Positions 1 to 12,949 of a stretch of 64,000 nt of DNA are shown here, piece by piece. The first letter of the stretch is position 1. Each line of letters starts with the position of its first letter. Location: contig CM102289.1 in assembly GCA_046563655.1 (NCBI GenBank), positions 2,976,001-3,040,000 on the forward strand, given 5' to 3'. The notes under the pieces are model-generated. The model did not search any database and was not told the origin of the DNA. It saw only the letters and a program-made list of their open reading frames with translations. The DNA is from Yuukianura sp. NJ FZ-2021. Its lineage: Eukaryota. The position numbers and the translations under genes were made by a program.

Positions 1-594
1 GACCGCATCATGTAATAACGACTTCCATTTTCTTTAAACTCGAATAAGCAGCTTATCTTCCAGATTCGTTTCAAAACATCATTTCCATTTGTGCTAGTTA
101 ATACGGATAAACATAAGCCGCCGGTGTCTACTGCGCGTTCAGAGCTGAAGTTGACTTGACGCTTGTAATTACTGTTCCATGAATTATAAATTCAGACAAT
201 TGAAGTAGCGACGGTTAAGCCAAACAGATTATTTTCACATAGGCAGCATTAGTCCATTGTTCTTGCAAACTCAAATCAAGTTTAACTGGCACGAGTGACT
301 TTAACTAGACGCTTCATTTCCCGCCCTATTGTCAATTCGCAAAAGTCATCTTGACTTTTGAAGGACGCCCGGTTTAGGCCCTAAAGGCAACCTTCTATCA
401 AGTTAACAAGTCAACATCAAAAGTTTCCCTCTTTAGATAGTTAGTCTTAACGAGAGTAAGGTAGTGGCAATTATGTGAAACATAGTTAAGAGTTAAATGA
501 GGTAATAGATTCTCAAGGGGGAAATGCTTATGCTTTCCTAGGAATTGCTGACTCAAAATATACCATGACATTGGATGTGTTGATTTTGAACGAC

Positions 595-706
595 ATCTTC
601 AGACTGTAACTTTTGAGACTGTAAATCTTCAGAGTGTAACTTTGGAAACTGTAAATCTTCAGACTGTAACTTCTGAGACTGTAAATTTTCAGAGTGTAAC
701 TTTTAG
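595..706. repeat. 15-bp (30-bp dimer) tandem minisatellite, ~7 units, immediately upstream of the SLC22 ATG
   Basis: Alternating units atcttcagactgtaa / cttttgagactgtaa read directly. They explain the repetitive spurious ORF 528..710. Confidence 0.9.
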
Positions 707-712
707 CCAAAA

Positions 713-3171
713 ATGTCTTCTAGTGAAACTTTGAAGCCAATAAAGTTGGACGATATTTTGGAAATTTTGGGCAAATTTGGAAAGTATCAGAAACGGGTCT
801 TCGTTCTCCTTTGTCTTCCAGCAATATGTTGTGCAATGCATGGCCTTGGATGGGTTCTACTGGCGCCGAAAGTGGCTACACGGTCAGTATTTTTAAATTT
901 CTTCTAAACAAAAATTCAAAAAAAAATCTTTCAAAATTTTCAAATCTTATACGTTTTAGTATCACTAAGCAAATTTCTTAGCATTATATGCTAAATCCGC
1001 TAAATATCTTTCTGATCCACAGATGCCAACTGAATGTAGAATCAGAAAATTCAGAATTTTCAAATTTCCCGCCAGGAATTGCTATGAACAGTAGTATTCC
1101 CCTCGAGATTTCAAATGGCGAGTTTTCGCAATGCGAACGTTATGACATCGATTACATGGAGAGTACAGACGAATTTGGAAATACAACGTTTGTTACCAAG
1201 GTTGACTCCGCTAGAAACGCGTCAAGCAAGGTTTCGTGTAGCGGGAAATATTTGTACGACAAATCAACTTATAGCAGCAGCGCTCGAATTGATGTGAGGA
1301 TAATTTCAATTTTCAACCGAATTTCAAATATTGTCTTGAGAAACATACTCCTGTTTATTTTCTGAAAGTTTATGCTTAAATTGTCTTTTTTTTTTTTTCA
1401 AAATTTGATTTTGAAATTTTAGTTTGAATTAGTGTGTGACCGGAAGTACTTATATACTCTGGAGGAGACAGCATACAAGGGTGGAGTGCTTGTTGGTTCA
1501 TTGCTTTTTGGTGACCTGTCAGATCGATTCGGTCGGCGTCCAATTCTCCTTTCATGCATTTCACTACAATTGTTTGGTGGAATTGTAGCTTCACTGGCTC
1601 CAAACTACGACATTTTTGTTTTTAGTCGAGCTGCTGCGGGTGCTGCAAGTATGGGTGTATTTCTGGTAGCATTTGTCATGGGTAAGAATTTAAAAAAGAA
1701 AAAGAAAAAAAAAACAACTGAAAACATTATATACTGATTTCCACTCACAATTTCTAAAATACGGATGAGAAAATTTTTTATTATTTTTGAATTTCTTTAG
1801 CTGTCGAAATGGTTGGACCGTCAAAACGAAAATTTGTGGGCGTTATGCTTGGCTTTTTCTGGACTTTGGGTTATTTGGCCGCAGGCGTTCTGTCATACTT
1901 TATAAGAGACTGGAGAATGCTTTATCTATCATTTTCACTACCATCGGCTGCTTTCATATTCTATTACTGGATTCTACCAGAATCAGTTCGATGGTTGCTA
2001 AATCATGACTTTGATGCAGAAGCCAAGAAGATACTGCGAAAAGCAGCTAAAGTCAATCAAGTAACTCTGACTGAACAAAATTTGAAGTCTCTCGTAAAAG
2101 ATTCCCAAGGATCCAGCAGGAGTCTTCTCGGGGCACTTCAATTATTCCGAAGTTCAAGATTGGCTCTGCGTACAATTGTAGTTTTCTTGTGTTGGTTTGT
2201 ATGCTCAAGCATGTACTACGGCCTATCTCTCAACACCGGAAATTTAGGCGGGAACGCTCAAATCAACTTTCTAATTGCCGGAGCTGTAGAAATTCCAGGA
2301 GCTTTGTTGAACATGTTTACTCTGGACAGATTTGGAAGAAAGCGGGCGCTCTGCACATTCATGATTTTAGGTGGAACAATGCTTGTCGCATGCTCGATGA
2401 TTCCTGCAGGTAAGTATATTAAATTAGACATTTGAGAAAAAAATTGCAGTGAGCAAATTTCTAAATTGAAAAAAAAATCAGTTTGTATTTAAGTCAAATT
2501 CAAAAACTCGGAGGAAATTAGCATTCATTTTATTGTTTTACAGGTCTAAATACTCTGATTGTTGCATTTGCAATGTTTGGCAAGATGTGCATTTTTGCCG
2601 CATTTGGAGCCATTTACATTTTTTCTGCTGAATTGTATCCAACTGTAGTACGAAACGGAGGTATGGGAGCCAGTTCACTATGTGCTCGAGTGGGGTCAAT
2701 ATTATCCGACTACGTCTTGCTACTGGTAAGTGCAACTTAGCAACAATTTCTAAGTTAATTATTAGTTAATTATTATTATTGTTAATTATAAACAATTTTA
2801 TAACAATTTGTTTTAAAATTTAAAAATTATTCAAAATTAAGGTAATATTTTTGATGTATGATTTTTGTGCTGTAGGGTGAAATTTGGAAACCACTTCCGC
2901 TTATCATATTTGGAGCTATGTCTATTTCTTCAGGACTTTTGTGCCTAACTCTTCCAGAAACATTAGGAAAGAGGTTACCTGAAACAATTGACGACGCCGA
3001 ATTGTTTGGCACGTATGTTTGCAATTTTGAAATTTCAAATTTGAAATAGTTTTAGTTTTGAAACTTCCGTAATATATTGTTATTTCTGAAATTAACAGGA
3101 AGGGTTACGACAACGATGACCAAACAATGAAAAGTGATGACAAAAATTGCAATGTGCAAGAAATGTTTTAG
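713..3171 (+). CDS. SLC22/organic cation transporter (Orct-like MFS), ~7 exons
   Basis: N-terminal 'LDDILEILGKFGKYQKR', 'LSDRFGRRP', 'PESVRWL', 'LDRFGRK', 'ELYPTVVRNGG' and 'LPETLGKRLPET' across GT-AG-bounded exons. Stop TAG at 3169-3171. Confidence 0.93.
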
Positions 3172-3270
3172 ACAGAATAAAAAATTGACGAATAAAATAA
3201 TCGTAGTCATCCCCTTACAAATATTTATTTGAAATTGTGTTTTGATTCGCTTTGACGGAAACCGGTGAGG

Positions 3271-4045
3271 TTAGATTCCTGCTGGCTTTGTCCCAACTAA
3301 TAAATTATCTATTTTGGCGCGAATACTGGCTGCTTCACCAGCCTTAGATTCTGGAAGGTTTACTTTTGTGAAATTGTCCAGTGACAGTCGATTGTTGAGC
3401 CAATGAGTTCCCCAGTCGTGTGTTGATTTGACACACTCTGCGGCAAATCCATCCAATCCAAATTCATCTTCTAGTTCCAGACAACCACTTAAAAATATTT
3501 CTACGTATGACATCCGGATTGGATGTTGCTCGTCAGGAACTTTTGACAAATCTTTTCGTGTAACGTAAACCCAAAATTCCGCTTGCTTCCCAATCTCATT
3601 GTGTTCTTCAAGGAATTCAATTTGACCGAAACAGACTTTCTCTCGGCAGTACGACTCTTCCCGAAGGTCATACTCAGCAACAGGAGTCGGGGATGTTGCA
3701 GTAGCAAAGATCGGGAAAATGATTGCGTTGAAAGACGCCGTAGACTCCCGTTGCACCCCGAGAAATGTTTGTGGGTTTGTGTCGTTCTCGAACGTCTGAG
3801 CGTCCCATCTTCGCCGAAATCCATTGATTCTGACTGGGATAGATGGCCCTGCCATCGGATCAGTCCTGAGCTTGGACTTGTTGTTCATCAAAGACCCAAA
3901 CCCAATGATATAAACATGTGCTGATACATTCACTGGTGGGTGACAATCGTCAAGCGGTCCGCCTGTCACACCAAAAGCGTCCAATCCAAATAGCTACAAC
4001 CAATTCAAAAAATCACAAGTTTTGTGCTTGAGAGATTCCTACCAT
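3271..4045 (-). CDS. Gamma-glutamylcyclotransferase-like (GGCT/ChaC fold) protein, bacterial-type
   Basis: 'YIIGFGSLM' N-terminal motif, 'GFRRRW', 'YDLREESY'. Probable ATG at 4045-4043, then a 49-nt GT-AG intron and one large exon from 3993. Confidence 0.75.
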
Positions 4046-4626
4046 TTGTGTTTCTTTTTGTTAAGTTTGCTTACGAACCCCACATGTGCAGAATATTAGC
4101 GTCAACCCGACCATTCGCAACATGGTTTTATGAATAAAATTGAAACGCAATAACAGCTAAAACAGGTTTCGTTTTATGATGAAACTACTCGACAAAAAAT
4201 TTTATTGTCTTTATAGTTAATTTATAATAGTAGTAACCCCGTTTAATTGACTATTATGTAATCGTAATATTTTTTCTGGGTTTGGTTTCTTTGGAACCAC
4301 GCCATGAAACGTGTATGTTCCTACACTTCTGCAGATATCTAACTCAAGTATGAACTGTTTGACGACAACGAAAATTGTCCTGACGTTTTATAATTAATAC
4401 TACAAAGTGCTATTTTCTTACACAAAAATTAACTTAAAAGCTATGAAAATCCGCGTTCAGATAGCAAGATTTCAAAAAATTCATTTCAAAAAATCTTCTA
4501 AATGATTTCCAATCACGTAGCTTTCCTTAGCTCCGTTTCTGTTAGTTGGGGCTAAGAAATTTGGTGAGAAACAACGGAAAGACACAACAAGAGATTGTAT
4601 GTATCCTACCTAACTCCTATACCAGC

Positions 4627-6300
4627 TCAAAACGCTAGTAGCAAGTTAATTATGTTTCCAACTACAATGTCGCCAAATAAAACCATTATAAATTCTGAAC
4701 TCTCCACAACAAATAAGCTCCCAACCAAATATTAAGCGGTCGAGCTGCACGCCAAGTCAATTCAATGGACCTGTCGCTCTTGTAACGACGAATAGCACAG
4801 AGCTCCATTGTTTTAATTGTATTTACGGATGCAGATCTCATTCCAATTAGAAGTCTAATTAGAATCCACTCACAAGATCCCCAAGCAGCAAACGTTGATG
4901 TAAATGAGAGTATGAGCGTCAAACTTCCTGTACCAAAGCGAATTGTACCAAATGCCAGAAATATTATTAGTCCAACGAGTTCAAAATGCGCAACGCCCAG
5001 CACCAAGGAAAAACAATCGTTGAAAATTTTTGTAAAAATAGCCGACATTTTGTAGAATTGGTCTGCTTCTTTCATGGTGCAGGTTTTCTTATTTTTCGTA
5101 TCATCATCACCTTCCATACAAAATTGTTCACTGAAATGTTTAAAGTCGTTGTTTTGGACATTAAAATCCTTACTCAAGTAAATAGCTAAATATGGTAATT
5201 ATGATGGAATGTATATAGGGAACTTTCTGGTATTCGCTATTTACATCGGATTACAGTAATGGACCCCTTGTGGAAACTCCTCTGATTGGGTCTTCTCTCC
5301 TTACTCCTCCCATGGTTGCCGTAAAACTTCTAGTAACGTGCAAAACTCTTACATAGAGTTGAGTTTTGACAAGTTCTCTTCCCTCCTTCCCTCCACTACT
5401 TGGAAGTTGGCGGTATAAGAGGAGGGAGAAAGAGGGATAGCGTGGTTTCCACAAGAGGTCCATTACTGTAGTTGTTTCCTTAGATCAATTATTTACCTGA
5501 TAGCTGTAGTTGCCAACTTTGTAGAGTTAATGTACATGACACAAAAGAAACAGTAGAATGTAGCAGCGAGGAGGCAGTTGACAGCACCGTAACAAATCCA
5601 TATAGCCCAAATGAGTTTGATGAAATACATTTGCATGCTGTCGAATGCATAAGACGTGAACAAGTTGATGACTTTTGTCGCACCTCTTCCGACGGGTTGG
5701 TCAGTCAAAAGAAGTACCATACCGTCAGTACAGCCAAACCCCATGACACAAACGGTTGTCCAATGTAACAGTTTAGAAAATGTTTCCAACCCATCATGTT
5801 TTGTATCCTTAAACCAAACTAAGGAAAGAAAGAAAAAGATGTATACATTTAAACGAAAAGTTATTAAATAGTTTTACTAAAAGTTTTTTACAGTAGCACC
5901 TATTTCTGCACTTACTGTGCTTTGAATTGTAGCTAGACCGGATGTAAAAGTTAACGAAGTGGACGGTACGTTCTTCGTTAATTAAAAGAATTATTTTGAA
6001 AATAGCAAAAAACTTAATTACTAGAGCATATGAAAGCACAAAAAGAATGACGAGACTGTTATGTTCAGCTAATGCATTTACAAAGGGATCGTATAGTGGT
6101 AACATTGCACTAAGCAACCCCAAGATGCTCAAAACATCTCTTCCAAAAATATTTCTTAGTGACCTTTTCACCAGATCAAATTGAGGTACCTCATCTGCAG
6201 ACTGTAAATCCCTAACTTTGAAGTGACCTGATTTGAAAAATATAACAATTCTTGAAACTTGTATGAATTTTTCAAGTGTAAAAGTAGAGATCATGGTCAC
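4627..6300 (-). pseudogene. Multi-TM chemosensory (GR/OR-like) receptor gene with apparent frameshift(s)
   Basis: Hydrophobic exons (ORFs 5809..6300, 5493..5789, 4686..5177). C-terminal 'WRAARPLNIWLGAY' continues after a 1-nt shift as 'VVESSEFIMVLFGDIVVGNIINLLLAF*'. May be intact with assembly errors. Confidence 0.5.
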
Positions 6301-7348
6301 CTGAACTGAAATGCCTGATTTTGTTAAAACAAAAGTTTACATCCACCAAGCTTTCAACTGACTGAGCAAAGTCATCTATTTTATAGCTCTGATATTGTGT
6401 TAACGAGAGACAAATATTGCACTGATGTGAATCAAATAATTGTTGTTGATTGTCCCAAAAATGTTTTTAAAGGTTTTAGAAAACGTTGTCACTTTTACAT
6501 GATCAACCGATGTAGATTGAATACTTTCGTTAATTGTCGACATTTGCGATAAAAAATCTTGTTATGAAACTTACACTACTACTCTAGCATGCAAATTTGA
6601 AAAACCCTTTGGCAATATTTGCGAAGAAATTGAATGTTTACTAATTTATTGTTTATGCATTTATACTTTTAGTGCAATATGCAACGTTAATGGGATCGGC
6701 AATCATTTTTCAATTTTTTCGTCAACCTTCAAGAAAAAATTCGTTAATCAACAGTCCCTTTGTTTGGAAACCTAAATATGTATTCCGCCTTTCTCAGTAA
6801 CAGAATTTTGATTTTTTAATCCTTCTTAATCAAAACCATTTGTGTGTTTTTTTGCCGTGTGATTTTTTCAAAATCAAAAACTAAGAAATTTACCTCCGAG
6901 CAATTTTTACCCAAAAGGAATCAAACTGATGCTGTCGATTGTTCCAAAAAGTGAATTAAAAAAAACTTTATCACTTTTGCATGCTCAATTTGTTTGCATT
7001 GAATACATTCGTTAAGATTCTACACTTTTGATCAGAAGCGAAGAAAAACTCCATGTTTGTGAAGGAATCGAATGTTTACTTATTCATAATATTTTCCCTT
7101 TGTAGTGCAAAATGCAACTCAAGTCAACAGAATGATGAGTCAATTTTCAATTTTTGCTAACCTTGAAAAACAAATTAAATCTTTTATTGACACTTGATTG
7201 TTTGGTAAAAACTTAAATGTGCAGGCTGCCGATTTTTTGGGGTCAACTTTGCTACAGGTTTACCTCCATGGTTTTCCAATACCCGGATCGATGAACGCAA
7301 TGCAGTGCTGGAAAGCCTTCATTTGGATAATCTTTTGTTATAAAATAC

Positions 7349-7527
7349 GGTTGGAGAGTAGCAATGGGGTCCGTTTTTCTTTTAGTGTGAGCTTATGTTT
7401 ATCAAATCAGGACACAGTGCACAGTCCCTGAGTTAGGTTAGGTTAGGTGTTGAAGGTGCACTGTGTCCTGATTTGATAACCTAACTCACACTAAAAGAAA
7501 AACGGACCCCATTGCTACTCTCCAACC
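7349..7527. mobile_element. Palindromic MITE with ~70-bp TIRs, 8-bp TSD (TAAAATAC) and central (TTAGG)3
   Basis: Left ggttggagagtagcaatggggtccgtttttctttt matches the reverse complement of the right end. TAAAATAC occurs at 7341-7348 and 7528-7535. Confidence 0.92.
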
Positions 7528-7922
7528 TAAAATACCTCTCGTGATCTTTTCAATCTGACATCGAGAATTTGACACAATGCAATCTTAAGTGACCGGGATC
7601 TGACGGGGTATGAAGGGAAACCTGTCGCAGAACCTTAAGTTACCTTACAAGTGAAGCATTTGTCAACTACAATTACTCTAGACAATGCCATCCTGTAACA
7701 ATCGCAAATATTAAAAAAATTGGTTTTAGATATGTGTGGTAGACGACCCCATAATACTCTCCAAAAAGTGTAAGCCAATGCACCAAACTTATGTTGCTGA
7801 AAAATAGAACAATGGGGTGTAAAATGCCATTAAATTAATACGACGCAAAGACTGTTTGTAATGCCGAGGCTGCAATACTCGAGTGTTATTCAGTATTCAG
7901 AAGTTTGATTTATTGTACTAAA

Positions 7923-8976
7923 ATGTTAAAGTCAAGCAGCATCTTGACTTCAATTGTGTTAATTTTAAATTCCTTCAATGATGCCCAGGCTGAAGACGTT
8001 TCCGAACATGATCCCAGAAATATAGCAATCGACCCTCACGTATACCGAGAACCCGGATGCCCACTAGTTCCAGAACGAAATGGATTCAACACTACGCTAG
8101 TAAGTAATTGTCAATTGTTCAGATTCTTCAGAAATTCAAAATATGGAACCAAATAATTAGGTGCAACCCCTTATTGTTAGTAAGGTTAACACATAGTCAC
8201 TTTGCTCCAAAATTAAAAGAAAAATTCACAATTCATTTTATTCTAGTAACTCACCTGAAAAAAAATAGCCAAGACTTGAAGACTTCTACATAATATTGTA
8301 CTTTGCTCCTCTTTTTTTACAGGCTGACGGCACCTGGTACCTGTTACATGCAAGCGTATCATATTTTGCAGATCTTGGTCATGCAATTTTCGCAAAATAT
8401 CCGACAATACTTCAACTACAGTCGCTTTGCCCTTACATTTCTCTACGATCATCTCTTCCAAACAAGTACTCAAACGTGACATGGACCGTGGAGTTTACAT
8501 TTCCAAATCATAGAAGAGCCCCCATGTACCTCAAATGTTGGCCCCAGCGCCAATCCACAAAAACAAAATTTGAGTGTTACTTCGAAGAGGAGAAAAGTAA
8601 GCTCATACTTATTTGTATAAACTGTATAATTCCATTTCTCAGCAGCAGCGGTCTAGCAGAGTTTTACTTGTGCTATACATTGCCATCTTAAATGTATATC
8701 TGAAAAAGTTAATTGGTTTTGTTAATTAAAATGCTTGATTTATTCACAGTTCACACCTACGTTATGATAGCAGCGACGGATCTTACTACTTGGCTACTTT
8801 TCATTCGTTGCAAAATCGGAGTCGGAAGTACACCGGGAGAAGGAATGACTTGGGCGCTTTTGTCGAAAACAAGAACCATGCATCCTGATGTCGCACAAAT
8901 TGCTTTTGACTTATTGGCTGGATACGGATTCGACCTTTATTCTAACAAATTCACCTTTTCCTATGATTTATGCTAA
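7923..8976 (+). CDS. Secreted lipocalin (ApoD-like), 3 exons
   Basis: Signal peptide, 'GCP', SCR1-like 'DGTWY', SCR2-like 'ATD', SCR3-like 'WALLSKTR', C-terminal Cys. Confidence 0.7.
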
Positions 8977-9192
8977 AGTGTTTACAAAAAACAAACCGTC
9001 TACTTTATACTACACTAGTGTAACAATGACCTCTAAAACTCTTCTTCCTGGTAAAAGTTAATTACTAATTAAGCAATAAAAGTTTTTGTTAATACTTGGA
9101 CTATATATTTGATTCACAGCACAACTCAATCACTTTATTTATTTCTTTTGCATAGATTTAGTATTTCCGAGCTTTTGCTTTAAAATTCTGAC

Positions 9193-10056
9193 ATGGTAAG
9201 ATACGTTTTAGCTTTAATTTTCATATTTTTACGCAAAAATTTTGCAACCGAAGTTGTACAAGAGCAAGTGCTTGATGGCCCTGGCTTAATGGAGACAGAC
9301 TTTCAGCAACCTGGGTGTCCAAAAATTGAAGAACTTTCACCCATCGTGTATCCAAAGGCCGTAAATATCTTTTTAATTAATTCAAATTTTCAAATTTCAG
9401 TTAAAAAAGAATTTCTTTCTTTTTATAACAGTTGATTGGCAATTGGCAAGTGCTTTTGGTTGGATCTTTATCAAATGGCGTGACCAGCCCTACACACCAA
9501 ATGCTGAAATACTCTGACATTCCGAATTCTTGTATCAAAGTGACCTTGACACCAATGCCAGGCTGGGTACAGTCAAATTCCACCGTGCGAATAGTCATTA
9601 AGCGACTAAAAAGTGGCAATTCGTATGACCTCGCCTGTGAGCCGTCAGAAGCCATTGACTCTGTCTGGATTTGCCACAATCTGAAGAGTAACAACAACAA
9701 TTTGAACCGCCCGGCAAAGTCTGGTGTGTTAATTTTTATAACAAGACACAAAATATTTTTAAAAATTATTATATTAAACCAGACTTAAATTAAAAGTAAA
9801 TTTCTTTAATAAGTTACTTAATATTATAATAACTTTTACTACAGACGGACTTGTCATGTACATAATTCAAGACGAGCAAGTTGGATTGGAATACTGCTTG
9901 GCTGTAATGTGTTTGCCAAAATACTGGACAACTTGGGCCATCCTTTCAAAAGAAAAAGTAGTTGACAACGGTATTCTTAAGCACTACTTGCGTAAAGTAG
10001 AAGGAATGGGACTACACTTAGATAATTATGTACAGTTGTTCAATGAAAAGTGTTAA
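9193..10056 (+). CDS. Secreted lipocalin-like paralog, 3 exons
   Basis: Same exon layout as its neighbour: signal peptide, 'PGCP', 'IGNW', 'WAILSKEK', terminal Cys. Confidence 0.62.
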
Positions 10057-10192
10057 CAGTTTTGTCTTTTCGACAAAAAATAAATAATATACGTAAAAAT
10101 ATAGTATAACACATTTCAAAATTAATTAATTAATCCCATTGCCTATTTTCTTTAAATCTTTTGGAGCAACCCGATACATGTGAGGCTTTTAG

Positions 10193-11802
10193 TTAGACAG
10201 GAGTGTATTTTGTGATAAATTTCCGGCTTGAACCTTTGCGATTCTGCACACGCGAATTCACTCCTCTGCAATTACACGATAGAATTTCCTGGAAAGCAGT
10301 TCTAAATCGTGAACCGAACATTGTGTAGACAAATGGATTTACTCCGGAATTAGCAAAACCAAGCCACAGGACCTGTTCGTATATAAAAGGAGCAGGGTGC
10401 AATGGACGACCTGCAAAATAATTAGTTATGAAAAATTTTAACATATAACTTACTATTTTATTATTATATAATTACAAAAGAAAAAAAACTTTTTCTACAC
10501 CAGGTTGTCCAGTAACTCCAAGTTTTAAAATTTGTTTAAAAGTAGGAAATCTGCATTTCTTTGGTAGTATTTTGAATATATTGTAAATGCGATTAGTGCT
10601 AAACGTTGTTTGAAGCAAGATTTTTGAAACCCCTGAGGAATTGAACAACCTGTTGTAGGAAATACAGTTCCGTTGTCAAGGAACCTTGACTACTAACCTA
10701 TAATTTCGCTAAGTGCTACTACAAGGACGAGTGCAAAGTACGGCAGCCAGAAAAACACGAAAAGTGCCATCATCATCCCCAACATCGCACTGCCTTTCTT
10801 TCCTTGCAGTTTCCCCGCCAGGATACCTAAAAATTTATAAAAATGTTTATTAATTGCTGAACTAAATAAATTAGTTAAAACAGAAGTGAATAAATTTTCT
10901 AAAATAGTTTTATATTGTTGTTGCGTAAACTTGTGCAAAAATTTTTCGAAAACTGTTCTCGCTTTTGGAATATGGACTTTCTCTCTTTCCTTCTGACCCG
11001 AAGAATTTGACAGCACCTTGCATAAGTTACCAGCATTATGATACATGGCACATAAAAACTTATGGTCAACACCACGATCCGAATCCTGTATAACAAAGAC
11101 ATTGTTGTTTTTTAGTAGTTTCAAACAAAACTTCAAATTTTAAAAATTGTTTGAATCGGTTCTACCCCTCTTTTTGTTTGACCACACAAGCAGTATCAAA
11201 AGGGCCCAATAGATTGACTCGTCGAATCTCATCTAACGTTGTATAAGGAAACGCAGCTCCGAATGCAGTCAACCACGTAAATGCAATTGCAGTTAGAGTT
11301 TTTCCTTTGGTTACGTGTACTTTGTACAACAAAGGTCGAGAAATTGCAATGTAGCGATTGACGGAAATGGCAGTAAGGGCATAAACAGACGCAGTGCAAA
11401 GGAAAACGTTAACTGCATTAAAAACCAAAAAACTAATTATATCTTTTTGTTTTGTTTTACAATATTTATAAACTCTACAGTTAATGCAGTTCAATTGCAT
11501 GATTTAATTTACTCACCGTAAAGCGGAATAACAACATAGCAACTCATTGTTTTAGCCATCCAAGCATAACAAGTTGCATTTTGAACTATTTTAAAAGGCA
11601 AAACCAATAATCCAATCAAGAGATCCGCAATAGCAAGAGAAAGTATTAAGTAATTTTTTGGCTTTCGTAGAACTTTCACTAACAAAATGGATAAGATCAC
11701 CATAAAATTTCCAACAATTGTAATAATTACTGTAGTTGCTTCAACAATCAACCGAATCCAAATCCATGGTTCAAACACTAGAAAACACTGTTCCAGTTCC
11801 AT
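10193..11802 (-). CDS. Class A GPCR, aminergic-like (copy 1)
   Basis: 'GNFMVI', '[18 protein letters not shown]', 'ISVNRY', 'FFWLPYF', 'NSGVNPFVY'. Multi-exon. Confidence 0.88.
10492..10662. mobile_element. Possible small MITE (inverted ends) in the last intron of GPCR copy 1
   Basis: tttctacaccaggttgtcca versus ttgaacaacctgttgtaggaaa are imperfect reverse complements. No clear TSD. Confidence 0.45.
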
Positions 11803-12949
11803 ATTGACTTTAACTGCACACTTCAACTAAATTGTAAATCAAAGCCAAAGTGACATGCTGACTTTCTCCACAATGTCACTTTCACTGAACAACGTGACAA
11901 ACCAATTAAAACAGGCTGTTGTTTACTTACTCACGTGGAAAGGGTGCGGCAGCAGCGTGATAACCTTTCAACGACCGAAGATATTGAAAAATTGTGCTTA
12001 ATATAAAAAAAACTAAAAGCAAGAGCTACAAAATAATTAATTTGGCATAAAAAATTGCGTATTACAAGGAGTTCAAAATGTCACGACTAACCTATTTGCA
12101 TGTCGTTTCAAATTTCTATGTAGCAAGACTGCCTTATCTATTTATTACTAATGAAATCTACGTTTGCGGCGTGTCTTTTGTGGTTTGGCGAATTTGGTGA
12201 ATTAGTCTGTTACGGTGATTAATTTCTCGCGTTTGAAATATTTTTAACAACAAAATCAAAACGGTTTTCTGTTTCGTGTTTGTTGGAAGTTTATTTACGG
12301 CGTTTATACTTTCACTTTATGACTTATTTACAATTAATACTAATTAGCTCATAAAACTGCAAGTGTTTCGGTTTTCAATTTAACATAGACGTCACAATCA
12401 CATTTACCAAAACGTGATTCCACCATTCATTGCAACATTTCTGCGTTTTCAACCGCCCGGATCTCTTGGGAAAAATTTTACCCGGGTTAGATTCCAGGGT
12501 GGCTGGGAACACTTAAGTGAGTTAACTTTTTGAGGCATTTGAATTTTGAAAAATAGACTTGAAACATTACTTTTAGAGAGAATTTTATTTTTAAAGACTG
12601 AGTTGAAATATAGCCTTCAGAGGTAATTCAGTTGAGAAAAACCGCGTTGAAATGTGATTTTTAAATGGCTTCCAATATTGAAAATTAGAGTTATACAAAA
12701 TGAATTTGTAAGCTTTTTAGAGAAAAATTTGACTTGCCACTTTCTGTGCCACTTTCACCAAGAACTTTGAAAAACCATGAAACTGTTATTGTATCGCTAA
12801 GGCGTGGTCTATTTAATTGATTAGTAACACCTTTGTGGACAATGAGATTTCCAAACAGAAAGGAATAGCTTTTTTGGCATATGTACTTCGAAGTTTATGA
12901 GTTTCATACAACATGCTGTTTGCGCTGTCCTTTGAAAAACATATTTTTT

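Noticed and set aside
528..710. 60-aa repetitive ORF (SYSLKIY...)
   Set aside because: It is the translation of the 15-bp minisatellite on the antisense strand, with a non-ATG start.
6600..7180. Degenerate ~150-bp direct duplication
   Set aside because: AT-rich and diverged, with no termini or functional signal.
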